A stretch of DNA of 59,719 nucleotides from a virus (lineage: Duplodnaviria; Caudoviricetes). The translations under genes and the position numbers were made by a program. Shown here piece by piece: positions 25,407 to 35,771 of this stretch. How positions within the stretch are numbered: position 1 is the first letter of the stretch; each line of letters begins with the position of its first letter. The stretch lies in IMG/VR virus record IMGVR_UViG_3300038393_002467, positions 1 to 59,719 of that record; one strand, 5' to 3'. Below the pieces are notes generated by a model. That model made no database searches. It worked only from the letters and a program-made list of their open reading frames with translations, and had not been told where the DNA came from.

Positions 25407-28274
25407 GTGCCTCGTCGAGGCTCACTCGTCGGTGATGCGTACGTCCGCATCCACGCCGACTCCTCGGCGATGGCGCGGGAACTGCGGCGGGAGGCACGCG
25501 CCGCGGCCAAGGCGGGCGGCGAGGACTCGGCCGACGAGTACCTGAAGAACTTCGACAAGGAGATCCGCAAGGAGGCCAAGGGCCGCCTGAAGGGCTCGAA
25601 CGAGGCGCTCGTCAAGGGCATCGTCGGCGGCAAGAAGGAGTGGGACCGCCAGTTCAAGGCGTCCGGCATGGCCTCCGTCGACGACTTCGTCGCGTCCGCG
25701 CGCAAGCGGCTGCAGAAGATCTCCGACCTGTCCGGCGGCAAGGGCTTCAAGTTGCTGCCGCAGTCGCTGGCCGACCTCGAAGCGTGGGCCGAGGACTCCA
25801 AGGTCGAGGCCACCCTCGCCCGGCAACGCAAGGCCACCACCGATCAGGACAAGGCGTTCCAGTCGTACGCGAAGAACGTCCTGTTCAGCAGCACCCGGAT
25901 GGAGCGCGCCATCCGGGATCAGGAGGCGGCGTGGCAGTCCTACGGGCGCAACGTCCAGTTCTCCATGACCCGGCAGGACCGGGTGCTGCGCGAGCAGGAG
26001 AGGGCGTGGGTCACCTACGGGCGCAACGTCCAGTTCTCCCTCGACGCGCCGAAGCGGGCGCTCGCCGCGCAGGAGAAGGCCTTCGCCACCTACCAGAAGA
26101 ACATCACCTTCTCGATGCACGAGGCCGAGCGGCGCGTGAAGGATCAGGACATCGCGTGGAACACGTACGCCTCTAACGTCAAGCACGTCATCGACCGGGA
26201 ACTGGAGCCCCGGTGGAAGAAGTTCAACCGCGGCTGGAACAACGTCGCCCGTAAGTTCGAGATCGACTCGAAGAAGATGGGCAACGTCATGGGGAAGGTC
26301 TTCGGCAAGGGCAGCCGGAACAACTTCTTCAACTTCACCGGTGAGGCCGCCGAGGGCATCACCCGGGTCACCGTCTCCATGTCGAAGTTGCCGCTGAAGG
26401 CCGTCTCCGGCGGGTTCAAGACCGTCGTCTTCTTCGGCGACATGGCCTACGAGACGATGAAGGGCATCGGCCAGTTGATGTCCGGCGGCGGGGCCGGTGG
26501 CCTGCTCGACGTCTTCAACCAGTTCAAGACCGTCTCCGGCGAGGCCATGTCCGGCTTCGCCGCGTCGCTGGGCAGCCTCGCCAAGACCGGCCTACCGGCC
26601 CTCGTCGCCATCGTCGCCGCCGTCACCGGGCTGGCGTTCATCCTGCCCGCCGCGCTCGCCCTCATCGGCAACGCCGTCGGCATCCTCGTCGCCCTCGCCG
26701 GGACCATCGGCATCGGTCTCATCGGGGCCGCGCTCGCCGCCGCCCCGATCCTCGCCGCCCTCGCCGGAGGCATCGGCACCGTCGCGCTCGCCAGCGGCGA
26801 ACTCAACGACAAGGCGGGCAAGGTCGGCAAGGCCATGGCCCCCATGCGCAAGGCATGGGGCGAGATGCTCAAGGCGTTCAAGGACAAGGGCGTCGTCACC
26901 ATCGCCAAGGCGCTCGGCGACCTCGCGCCGCTGCTGAAGACCATCGTCCTGCCCGCCCTCAACGGGTTCGCCGACGCCGCCGGTGCGGTCATGGAGCGGC
27001 TGTCGGTGATCTTCTCCTCCAAGCAGATGAAGCCGTTCATCGACGCGTGGAACAAGGCGCTGCCGGAGATCTTCCGCAAGACCGGCACCGGACTGGCCGA
27101 CCTGCTCGGGGCCATCTTCGCCTTCTTCAAGCCGATCATGCCGTTCGCGGACCGGCTCGCCGGGCTGTTCGAGCGGCTCATGTCCCGCTTCCTCGACTGG
27201 ACCACCAGCGCCGAGGGGCAGAACTCCATCAAGGACTTCATGGACCGGGCGTGGACCGCCGGGAAGAAGTTGTGGGACATCATCTACGGCCTCGGCGAGA
27301 TCCTCGGCACCTTCTTCGACGAGGGCGACAAGGGGGCCGGGAGTTCTCTGTTCGACGACATGCTCGCCAAGGTGCAGCAGTTCGTGGACTACCTCAAGAC
27401 GCCGGAGGGCAAGAACGCCGTCGCCGACTTCTTCTCCAACGCCAAGGACACCGCCGAGGCGCTCGGCCGCGGCATCTCCACCATCGCCGTCGCGCTGGGC
27501 ACCATCGACTGGAAGGAGGCCGGGGAGACCGCCAACACGATCCTCACCGGCATCTCCGACGCCATCGCCCTGATCCTGCTGGCGCTCGGCTACTGGAAGT
27601 TCCAGATCGACCTCGTCGGCAGCGCGTTCTCCGGGATCGGCTCCGTCTTCACCAGCGTCTACAACGCCGTGATCGGCCCGGTCCTCGACATGATGCTCGG
27701 GGCGCTGTCCGGGGTGCTGCGGACCATCGCCGGGATGCTCGACGCGTTGAGCAACGTGCCCGGCTTCGAGTGGGCGAAGACCGCCGCCGACAAGTTGCGC
27801 ACCGCCGCCGACATGGCCGACCGGCTCGGCGACAGCATCCGGCACATCCCCGACGGGAACGTCACGATCAAGGTCGGCCTCGCCGGTGAGGGGGCCCGCC
27901 TGCTGCGCGCCGGGTCCGGCAACAAGTTCGCCCAGCACCGCACCGACGTCCTGTTCGGTGCGGCCTCCGGCGGCATCCTCGACAGCCCCACCTTCGTCCG
28001 GCGCAACGTCATCGCCGGTGAGGCCGGACGGGAGGCCATCGTCCCGCTCGACCGGCCGCTGTCGCAGGTCGACCCGAGCGTGCGGGCGCTGGCCGCCGTC
28101 GCGCAGGGCATGGACCGGGTCACCCGGCTCGGCGCGGGCTCCGTCATCAGCGGCGGCGGCGGCTCCTCGGTCCTCGTCGAGTCCGGGGCCATCAACGTCA
28201 TCGTCCCGAACTCTGACCCGGCCAACGTCGCGGAGGCTGTGCTGGACCGCCTCGCCGTCGCGGCCCTGCGATAG
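25407..28274 (+). CDS. Tape measure protein
   Basis: 955 aa Ala/Gly-rich helical; VGDAYVRIHAD start; hydrophobic centre; C-terminal AGEAGREAIVPL. Confidence 0.9.
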   Translation: MPRRGSLVGDAYVRIHADSSAMARELRREARAAAKAGGEDSADEYLKNFDKEIRKEAKGRLKGSNEALVKGIVGGKKEWDRQFKASGMASVDDFVASARKRLQKISDLSGGKGFKLLPQSLADLEAWAEDSKVEATLARQRKATTDQDKAFQSYAKNVLFSSTRMERAIRDQEAAWQSYGRNVQFSMTRQDRVLREQERAWVTYGRNVQFSLDAPKRALAAQEKAFATYQKNITFSMHEAERRVKDQDIAWNTYASNVKHVIDRELEPRWKKFNRGWNNVARKFEIDSKKMGNVMGKVFGKGSRNNFFNFTGEAAEGITRVTVSMSKLPLKAVSGGFKTVVFFGDMAYETMKGIGQLMSGGGAGGLLDVFNQFKTVSGEAMSGFAASLGSLAKTGLPALVAIVAAVTGLAFILPAALALIGNAVGILVALAGTIGIGLIGAALAAAPILAALAGGIGTVALASGELNDKAGKVGKAMAPMRKAWGEMLKAFKDKGVVTIAKALGDLAPLLKTIVLPALNGFADAAGAVMERLSVIFSSKQMKPFIDAWNKALPEIFRKTGTGLADLLGAIFAFFKPIMPFADRLAGLFERLMSRFLDWTTSAEGQNSIKDFMDRAWTAGKKLWDIIYGLGEILGTFFDEGDKGAGSSLFDDMLAKVQQFVDYLKTPEGKNAVADFFSNAKDTAEALGRGISTIAVALGTIDWKEAGETANTILTGISDAIALILLALGYWKFQIDLVGSAFSGIGSVFTSVYNAVIGPVLDMMLGALSGVLRTIAGMLDALSNVPGFEWAKTAADKLRTAADMADRLGDSIRHIPDGNVTIKVGLAGEGARLLRAGSGNKFAQHRTDVLFGAASGGILDSPTFVRRNVIAGEAGREAIVPLDRPLSQVDPSVRALAAVAQGMDRVTRLGAGSVISGGGGSSVLVESGAINVIVPNSDPANVAEAVLDRLAVAALR

Positions 28275-28286
28275 GAGCACCTGCCC

Positions 28287-30596
28287 ATGTACGACGGCTG
28301 GCTCACGACTTTCGGCACCGAGGTCGTCAACGCGGCCCGGCTGCACGCCTACCAGTCGGCGCTGCTGCCGGGGCTGCCGCTGCGGGACTGCACCGAGTGC
28401 TACGACCTGACGGCCGCCGTCGAGGACGACCCGTACACCACGCCGACCGCCGACGACGCCCCGTGGGTCGACGTCGACACCCCCGACTCGGGGCTGTTCA
28501 TCGGCTTCATGGCGAACACCCTGACCGGCTTCGAGGACTCCACCCGGACCGCGCCCGTCATCGAGTCGCTCTTCGACGGCGGCACCGTCGGCCGGACCCG
28601 GCGCAACAGCCGAGAGATGCGGGTCGTGCTGACCGGGTTCGGCCAGACCCACGCCGCCGTCATGGCCGGGCTGGCGTGGCTGAAGTCGGCCCTCAACGGC
28701 AACCTGTGCAACACCTGCGACGACTCCGACGACGTGTGCTTCTTCACGGCGTGCCCGCCACCCGGTGCCGACGCCGACGCCTTCATCCGGCACCTGCGCC
28801 GGGTGAAGTGCACCGCCGGGCCGACGGTCCTCATCGAGCGGGAGATGAACTCCTGCGGGGCATGGATGGTGCAGGTGGAGTTCACCCTCGTCGCGGGCTC
28901 CCCGTTCATCTACGGCGAGCCGAACGACGTCGCCTACGCCACCGGCTCGGAACTGACGGCGGTCCACCCGGACGCCGACGTCTTCCCGCTGACCCACCCC
29001 ATCGAGTCCTGCTGGTCGTGGCTGGACAAGCCGAAGTCGGTGCTGCTGCGCGACCCGGACTGTCCGCCGGTGCCGCCGCCGCCGACCGCCCCGGCGATCA
29101 CCGAAGCGTGCAAGCCGGTCGTCTTCTCCGGCTACTCCTACTACCCGTCCGCCGACAGCGGGCGCAAGAACGTCGTCGTCGCCCTGCCCGGCTACTCGGC
29201 CCGGCCGGTGCTGGCGCAGAAGGCCGGGACGTGGGTGACCGCCTACAGCCAGAACAGCGTCTCCGGGATCACCGCCTCCAGCGTCATCAAGGGCAAGGTG
29301 TCGACGACCTCGGGCACGACGTGGGGCGCGGAGTACACCGTCTACGACGAGGGCTCGGGTACCCGCGGGCTGGAACCGGCCGGGATGACGTACGCCGCCG
29401 ACCTCGACAAGTTCATCCTCGGGGTCAACAACCGGGACCTGAGCAGCGGCAAGATGCGCGGCGAGATCCTCACCTCGGCGACCGGGCTGTCCGGCTCGTG
29501 GTCGGTCATCGCCAACCTCGACGCGGTGATGAGCGGCTGGGGGGCCTCCTCCTACTACCTGACCGACGTCGAGCACCACGAGAACGGCACCCCGGGCGGC
29601 ATCATGTACGCGGCCGTGCACGCGATGCGCCGCAAGATCGGCACCACCCCGGCGACGGTCAAGCCGGTGGCCGTCATCCTGCGCTCCTTCGACGGCGGCG
29701 TCACGTGGCAGGTGCTGTCGCTGCCGTGGGGGGCCTCGACGGTCAACTCGTACACCTACCCGCAGTTGGCGCTGTGGCCCACCGGCGAGATCGGGGTGCT
29801 GGTCAACGTCCCGGAGAACCGGCAGATCTTCTGGAAGCGGTCCACCACCGGCGGCTCGTCGTGGACCGCAGGCGTCGTCGCGGCCACCGCCGCCGGAGGC
29901 ATCCCCGCGCCGGTCATCACCAACGACGGCGGGGTCATGTTCCTCTACCGGGACACCCGCGACCCGGGCAGCACCGGGCTCGGCCGGTTCAACTACCGGT
30001 GGTCCAAGGACCACGGCCGCCGCTGGTTCGCCGGGACGAACTTCACCAAGAGCACCGGCGGGATGCAGGGCGGCGACTGGGCCGTCGGCAGCACCGGCGA
30101 CCTCGGTGTCGTCTTCGGGCTCGCGTACTCCAGCACCGACGCGAATGTGTACTGGAACACCTTCTGGCAGAAGGAGAACTACCTCTCGTACGCCATCTAC
30201 GTCCCGGACAGCGCGCTGCGGGCATGGGCCGACGGCGTCCTCATGCTGCAGATCCGCACCGGCGCGCGGGCCAGCCGCAACATGCGCATCCGGTTCATCC
30301 CCCGGCCGCTGCCGGACCAGATGCCCGAGGACCTCGACCCGTGCTCGGTGTGCTCGGAGTTCACCATCGACTACGCGCCCGCCAACACGCTCGTCTACAT
30401 CGACGGGATGACGGAGCGGGTGACGATGCGGGTCGGCAACGGGGTGCCGCAGCCCGCCGACCACCTCGTCTCCGGGCCGAGCGGCGGCATCTTCTCGTGG
30501 CCCACCTTCACCTGCGGCCTCGGCTACTTCGTCATCGTCGATGTGGATGTCGCCACCGTCACGAGCCTCGCGCTGGCCGTGGCGAACCGCGAGTAG
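28287..30596 (+). CDS. Minor tail protein (distal-tail-like) with inserted Asp-box beta-propeller
   Basis: Follows the TMP; MYDGW..FGTEVVN start; SFDGGVTW, STTGGSSW, SKDHGRRW Asp boxes. Confidence 0.75.
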   Translation: MYDGWLTTFGTEVVNAARLHAYQSALLPGLPLRDCTECYDLTAAVEDDPYTTPTADDAPWVDVDTPDSGLFIGFMANTLTGFEDSTRTAPVIESLFDGGTVGRTRRNSREMRVVLTGFGQTHAAVMAGLAWLKSALNGNLCNTCDDSDDVCFFTACPPPGADADAFIRHLRRVKCTAGPTVLIEREMNSCGAWMVQVEFTLVAGSPFIYGEPNDVAYATGSELTAVHPDADVFPLTHPIESCWSWLDKPKSVLLRDPDCPPVPPPPTAPAITEACKPVVFSGYSYYPSADSGRKNVVVALPGYSARPVLAQKAGTWVTAYSQNSVSGITASSVIKGKVSTTSGTTWGAEYTVYDEGSGTRGLEPAGMTYAADLDKFILGVNNRDLSSGKMRGEILTSATGLSGSWSVIANLDAVMSGWGASSYYLTDVEHHENGTPGGIMYAAVHAMRRKIGTTPATVKPVAVILRSFDGGVTWQVLSLPWGASTVNSYTYPQLALWPTGEIGVLVNVPENRQIFWKRSTTGGSSWTAGVVAATAAGGIPAPVITNDGGVMFLYRDTRDPGSTGLGRFNYRWSKDHGRRWFAGTNFTKSTGGMQGGDWAVGSTGDLGVVFGLAYSSTDANVYWNTFWQKENYLSYAIYVPDSALRAWADGVLMLQIRTGARASRNMRIRFIPRPLPDQMPEDLDPCSVCSEFTIDYAPANTLVYIDGMTERVTMRVGNGVPQPADHLVSGPSGGIFSWPTFTCGLGYFVIVDVDVATVTSLALAVANRE

Positions 30597-30623
30597 CCTT
30601 CCACCACCTGAGAGGGAGGGTCC

Positions 30624-33383
30624 ATGCCGTTCACTGACCTCGGCACGAACATCCTCGCTGGCGGCAACGTCAGCGAGGTCTTCACGCTCGTCACCGGTCA
30701 GCGCCTGCTGGCATCAGCCCGGAACTCGTACATCAACTTCCACAACCCGCACGACGACCACCCGCTCAGCGGTCCCAACCAGAGCGGGTGGTCCACGGCC
30801 TACCCGACCATCGTGCCGTTCAACGACGGCTTCCTGTCGATGCAGGCGTGGACGTACAACCGCCCCGACCCCGACTACTCCCCGGTCGCCAGCATCATCT
30901 ACAAGTTCACGGCCATCGACCAGAGCGGCAACATGCTGTGGGAGAAGGACGCCTCGCTCGCGGACCTCGACGTCACCATCTACGACCCGACGCCGACGTA
31001 CACCACCGACATCGGGCAGACCCGCGCCGCGTCCGCCATCGCCGGGAACATGGGCTCGCGCATCCTCTACCGCGTCGACGCCCACCACAGCCCCGACGGC
31101 GGAACGACCTTCATCGACCGGTACTTCCACCTCGACTTCGACGCCTTCGGCAACTTCACCCGGACGTTCGCCTTCGACGTGCAGAGCACGCCGAGCCCCG
31201 GCTACGCCTACTCGATGAACTACATGCCGATGACCCAGAAGCGGGTCGGCAGCGGCTGGGTGGCGTGGGGACGGCAGGCCCTCTTCTTCGGCAGCCAGCC
31301 GGTCAAGTTGTTCTTCCTCACCGACGACCTCGACCTCGTCGACAGCCCCGCCCTACCCGCCGCGTCGAGCAGCGGCGACACGTACTACCTGCGCGAGATC
31401 GTGCAGGACTGGGACGGCGACGGGCTGTGGCTCGTCGACAGCCGCGTCCCGTACGGCAGCGGCGACAACACCCGCTGGGCCAAGATCCCGATCACCTTCG
31501 ACGGGGTCAACCCGGCCGCCTACGGCACGACCCAGTTCGGCAACTCGACCCTCGCCAACTACCCGGCGACGAGCCCGCGGACGGCGCGCGGCTTCGGGCA
31601 GGTCAACAACTGGTCCACCGGGTCCGGGCCGAAGCCCGCCGACTACTGGAACCCGGCCGACGGCACGAGCGCCTTCGTCATGCCCAACACCAACAACATG
31701 GAGTGGGCCCTCGCCAACGACGTGGACAACGGCGAGTACGGTCCCACCGGCCTCGTCGCCAGCATCGTGACGGACTGGTACGGCGGGCACACCGGGGCCG
31801 ACCCGTACAACGGCGACACGTTCTCGAACAACAACTTCGTGCTGCGGCTCAACGTCGGTCGCTTCGACACGAAGACGGCCGGGTTCATCGACCTCAAGGT
31901 GCTCTACCCGGTGCCCGCCGCGCAGTCATTCTCGTGGGGCACCGGCTACCGGGACGCCGACTTGGACGAGGCCGCCTACTCGTTCGTCCACCCGATCAAC
32001 GGGCGCGTCCTCATCCTCGCCTACCACTACTGGACGTTGCTCGGTCCGGCCGTCGACGACGGCGGTGTCGACTACGGGCAGTCATGGATGTCGGCGTTCT
32101 GGATCGGCCAGATGGGTCCGGCTGACATCCCACCGGCCCCGTCGATGCCCGCGTGGTACAACGCGTTCGGCTCCTCCGGCTCCTCCGGCGGCGGGGTCGC
32201 GCCCGCCTCCGAGGGCGACTGCATCCGGCTCGGGCAGGGCACCAACGACGTGTACCTCTACGACCGGGGCGGCGCGCGCCAGATGGCGAAGTTCCCGCTG
32301 GTGGACATCACGATGCTGCGCTGGACCCGCAAGCGCGACGACATCTCCGAGTGCACGATGCGCCTCACCTCGCCCGGCTCGGACTGCTGCCAGATCGTCC
32401 GGCAGATGCAGGTGGGCCGTCACGAACTCGTCGTCTACCGCGACGGCGTCCGCTCGTGGGAGGGTCCGATCACCCGCATCTCGTACGGGGCGGACTGGGT
32501 CGAGGTCGAGGCCCACGACATCTGCCACTACCTGACCCGCACCATCATGCGGGCGGCCTACGACAACCGGTACCGCAAAAAGGGCTCCCGGGTCGGGCCG
32601 ATCACCAAGCGCCTGCAGACGATCCTGCAGCACGAGATGATCCGCAAGGAACGGCTCAACCCCTCCTACAACATCCTGAAGTTCCTCGAAGTGCGGACCC
32701 ACGCCAAGACGACCCGGACGTCCCGGTACACCCCGCAGTACTACTCCTCGGTGTGGGAGGAACTCGACTACGCCGCCGCGAAGTTGAGCCTCGACTACAC
32801 GGTGATCGGGCGGCGGCTGCTCATCAACGACGTGCACGACGTCATCGGGCGGCTGCCGCAGTTGACCGACAAGGACTTCACCGACGAACTCATCGTCACC
32901 TCCTACGGGATGGAGTTGGCGACCCGCTCGGCGGTCACCGACGGCGAGGGACACTGGGCCGCGGTCGGCACGAGCAGCGATCCGTACTACGGCGAGGTCG
33001 AGTTGCTCAACACCACGTACGGGGAGGCGGCCAAGCCGGTCGCCACGACGAAGCCGACGAAGGAGGAGTTGAAGGCGCTAACGAAGGAGATGACCTCGCA
33101 GGCGCAGCGCAACCTCGCCGGTCGCTACCCGATCCCGACCGTGGTCCGCATCCCCGACAACACGCAGTTGAGCCCGGAGGCTCCGCTGAAGATCACCGAC
33201 CTCGTGCCGGGGGTGCGGGTGCCGATCCGGGCCACGCTGTCCTGTCTCGAACTGGAGCAGGAGCAGAAGTTGGACTTCATGCAGGTCGAGCAGAGCGGCT
33301 CCGGCGAGAAGATCACGATCACCCTGTCCCCGGCCCCGGGCACGACGCCGTGGGACGACAGCAGCGAGACGGGGGAGGACTGA
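30624..33383 (+). CDS. Minor tail protein (hub/Tal-like C-terminal half, long N-terminal extension)
   Basis: C-terminal LRWTRKRDDISE, HELVVYRDGVRSWEGPITR, DLVPGVRVPI; aromatic beta-rich N-terminal half. Confidence 0.75.
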   Translation: MPFTDLGTNILAGGNVSEVFTLVTGQRLLASARNSYINFHNPHDDHPLSGPNQSGWSTAYPTIVPFNDGFLSMQAWTYNRPDPDYSPVASIIYKFTAIDQSGNMLWEKDASLADLDVTIYDPTPTYTTDIGQTRAASAIAGNMGSRILYRVDAHHSPDGGTTFIDRYFHLDFDAFGNFTRTFAFDVQSTPSPGYAYSMNYMPMTQKRVGSGWVAWGRQALFFGSQPVKLFFLTDDLDLVDSPALPAASSSGDTYYLREIVQDWDGDGLWLVDSRVPYGSGDNTRWAKIPITFDGVNPAAYGTTQFGNSTLANYPATSPRTARGFGQVNNWSTGSGPKPADYWNPADGTSAFVMPNTNNMEWALANDVDNGEYGPTGLVASIVTDWYGGHTGADPYNGDTFSNNNFVLRLNVGRFDTKTAGFIDLKVLYPVPAAQSFSWGTGYRDADLDEAAYSFVHPINGRVLILAYHYWTLLGPAVDDGGVDYGQSWMSAFWIGQMGPADIPPAPSMPAWYNAFGSSGSSGGGVAPASEGDCIRLGQGTNDVYLYDRGGARQMAKFPLVDITMLRWTRKRDDISECTMRLTSPGSDCCQIVRQMQVGRHELVVYRDGVRSWEGPITRISYGADWVEVEAHDICHYLTRTIMRAAYDNRYRKKGSRVGPITKRLQTILQHEMIRKERLNPSYNILKFLEVRTHAKTTRTSRYTPQYYSSVWEELDYAAAKLSLDYTVIGRRLLINDVHDVIGRLPQLTDKDFTDELIVTSYGMELATRSAVTDGEGHWAAVGTSSDPYYGEVELLNTTYGEAAKPVATTKPTKEELKALTKEMTSQAQRNLAGRYPIPTVVRIPDNTQLSPEAPLKITDLVPGVRVPIRATLSCLELEQEQKLDFMQVEQSGSGEKITITLSPAPGTTPWDDSSETGED

Positions 33384-33841
33384 TGGCCGGGTCGTGGCTG
33401 CCGCGGGACGGCCGGGAGTTCTTCGTCCACCTCGCCCGGGAGGCCCGGATGCAGGGCCGCCGCCCCAGCGGGCAGCCCGCCTTCGAGGACGACACCGCCA
33501 TCGACCCCTCGACCGCGCCGGACACCGACCCGCTCGACTACTACGTCGACGGGCAGGACGAGGACTACCCGATGCCGGTCGTGCCGACGGCCGATGACCT
33601 CGTCGTCGACGTCGCCGACAGCGGCGGCATCTACGACGAGCCGGACGACACCGGTGAGACCGACACGTCCGCCGAGGAGGAGCCGCTGACTGCGCCGATC
33701 ATGCTGCCGGAGTTCCCCACCGACCTGCGGCCAGATCCCGCCGTCTCCGGCAGCGGTGCGGTCATCATCGACACCACGCTCGGGTTGCCACTTTTCTCCG
33801 ACGGTACGAACTGGAAGACCTTCGCTGGAGTCATTGCGTAA
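33383..33841 (+). CDS. Minor tail protein, acidic
   Basis: TGATG overlap; C-terminal IIDTTLGLPLFSDGTNW fibre-like motif. Confidence 0.6.
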   Translation: MAGSWLPRDGREFFVHLAREARMQGRRPSGQPAFEDDTAIDPSTAPDTDPLDYYVDGQDEDYPMPVVPTADDLVVDVADSGGIYDEPDDTGETDTSAEEEPLTAPIMLPEFPTDLRPDPAVSGSGAVIIDTTLGLPLFSDGTNWKTFAGVIA

Positions 33842-33848
33842 CCTGCTG

Positions 33849-33867
33849 GTGTCACACCGTGTGACAC
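33849..33867. repeat. 19-bp palindrome copy (perfect), upstream of the amidase
   Basis: GTGTCACACCGTGTGACAC. Confidence 0.95.
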
Positions 33868-33884
33868 CGCTGAGAGGGAGTGGC

Positions 33885-34859
33885 ATGTCGACGTATCCAC
33901 CGGCTGACGCCAAGACGCAATGGTTCGACGACGACTTCGGCTGGGACGTCATCGTTCCGAACGTGCTCGTCTGGCACACCACCGAGACGATGAACTGGCC
34001 GGGCTACGACGGCGGTGCGAAGGCCCCGCACATCACCGTCCGGCCGGACATCCCCAACAAGCGGCTCCAGTTCCGCCAGCACTTCGCCAGCGAGCACTCC
34101 TCGCGCGCCCTGCAGAACCTGCCTGGCGGCGTGGCGACGAACACGAACAACGCCTTCCAAGTCGAACTCGTCGGCACCTGCGACGACGCGTACGCCAAGG
34201 CGTGGGGCACCCGCAAGGCCGGGGTTGACTACATCCACTGGCCGACCGCGCCGGAGTGGGCGCTCGCCGCGCTCGCCGACCTCGTCAAGTACCTCGACAC
34301 GCGCTTCGACGTGCCGCTGCGCAGCACCGTGACGTGGGCGGACTACAAGAGCCCGGACGGGCTGCTCGCCGACGTCCGACTCTCCGGCGCGCAGTTCCAG
34401 ACGTACACCGGGCACCTCGGCCACCAGCACGTGCCGGAGAACAACCACGGCGATCCGGGCAAGTTCCCGATCCAGAAGGTGCTCGACTACGCCACCGCCG
34501 CCCCGACGCCACCGGCGTTGCAGACCACCGAGTGCGTCGTCACGACGTATCCGACGGTCGTCGCCTCCGGGATGGAGTTGACCCTCACCGCCACGGTGAA
34601 GCCCGCCGTCCCGGGCCGGGTCCAGTTCCAGTGGTACACCGCGGGCGGGTTCCGCAACTTCGGGCCGCAGGTCGCTGTCAGCAACGGGCGGGCCAGCATC
34701 GTCAACAAGCCGTCCGCCAGCGTCATCTACCGCGCCATCTTCTACCCGACGGACACCGCGAAGTACAAGGGCGACTACAGTCCGAACCTGCCCGTCGAGG
34801 TCGTTGACCTCGGTGCTCTCGTTGACCGCGTCGAGAAGTTGGAGAAGCAGTCGGGCTGA
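33885..34859 (+). CDS. N-acetylmuramoyl-L-alanine amidase (endolysin) with Ig-like C-terminus
   Basis: VWHTTE, PHIT, QVELVG, GHQHVPENNHGDPG Zn-amidase motifs. Confidence 0.85.
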   Translation: MSTYPPADAKTQWFDDDFGWDVIVPNVLVWHTTETMNWPGYDGGAKAPHITVRPDIPNKRLQFRQHFASEHSSRALQNLPGGVATNTNNAFQVELVGTCDDAYAKAWGTRKAGVDYIHWPTAPEWALAALADLVKYLDTRFDVPLRSTVTWADYKSPDGLLADVRLSGAQFQTYTGHLGHQHVPENNHGDPGKFPIQKVLDYATAAPTPPALQTTECVVTTYPTVVASGMELTLTATVKPAVPGRVQFQWYTAGGFRNFGPQVAVSNGRASIVNKPSASVIYRAIFYPTDTAKYKGDYSPNLPVEVVDLGALVDRVEKLEKQSG

Positions 34860-34970
34860 AGATGTCGCTGAGGTGGCTCTGCTGGCCGTACATTGGTCGC
34901 AGCATGACGACCACTCCCCAACGAGGAGCGGAGCCACAGGCCGTGTGAACCGGCAGGAAGCGAGTCTCGA

Positions 34971-35771
34971 ATGGCCCGGTGCGGATGCAGCGGAACCTCA
35001 TGTTCATGCTTGATCGTCGGCGAAGGCTCCATCACCGTCACCGGTTCTGGCTCTGGTGCATCGCCCTACGTCATCACCGGTGGCGGCGAACTGAGCGTCC
35101 TCGACAGTGACACCGTCGACCTGACTCTGACCGGAGACGGTTCCACCGGTACGCCATACGTCCTCAGCGCCGACGCCGTCGTCGAGATGGAGGAGTTGAC
35201 CAACTTCGACCCGACCGGCGGCAGCCCCGGCGACGTCGTCGCCCTCAACCCCGCCGGGGACGGCTACGTCCTGCAGCCGCCGTCCACGGCCACCCCCGGT
35301 GCGCTCGTCACCGGCGCGGGCCTGTCCGGGGATGGCTCCGGCGGTGACCCGCTGCGGGTCGACTCGACGACGAGCACGTACGTGCCGGACTGGACGGCCA
35401 CGACGACCAACCCGGACATCGGCTCCGGCTCCATCGACGGGCGGTACACCGTCTGGGGCAAGTGGGTCGACCTGTCGGTGCAGATCGTCCTCGCCGCCGA
35501 CACCGCCAAGGGCTCCGGCACCTACGGGATCACGCTGCCGGTCGACGCCCTCGCTGGGCGCGCCCAGATCATCCCGCTGCTCGTCACGTATCCGAACGGC
35601 ACGATCCGCACCGGGGTGGCGCTGACCAACGGCGGCTCCAGCCTCGTCCGGCTCTACATCAGCAACCCGACCAGCGCCACCGGGTCCACCGTCGCGTCCT
35701 CCTCGACACTGTCGACGCTGAGCAGCGGCGGCCGGATCATCCTGACCGGCCGCTACGAGATGGAGCCGTGA
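34971..35771 (+). CDS. Minor tail protein
   Basis: MARCGCSGTSCSC start, DSDTVDLTLTGDG, G.G.Y.ITLPV fibre-tip motif. Confidence 0.7.
   Translation: MARCGCSGTSCSCLIVGEGSITVTGSGSGASPYVITGGGELSVLDSDTVDLTLTGDGSTGTPYVLSADAVVEMEELTNFDPTGGSPGDVVALNPAGDGYVLQPPSTATPGALVTGAGLSGDGSGGDPLRVDSTTSTYVPDWTATTTNPDIGSGSIDGRYTVWGKWVDLSVQIVLAADTAKGSGTYGITLPVDALAGRAQIIPLLVTYPNGTIRTGVALTNGGSSLVRLYISNPTSATGSTVASSSTLSTLSSGGRIILTGRYEMEP

Noticed and set aside
26592-30464. Very long antisense ORFs (also 14749..17583, 12950..14749, 19644..21899, 8043..9728)
   Set aside because: Shadows of GC-rich sense genes with clear phage functions; no motifs or RBS
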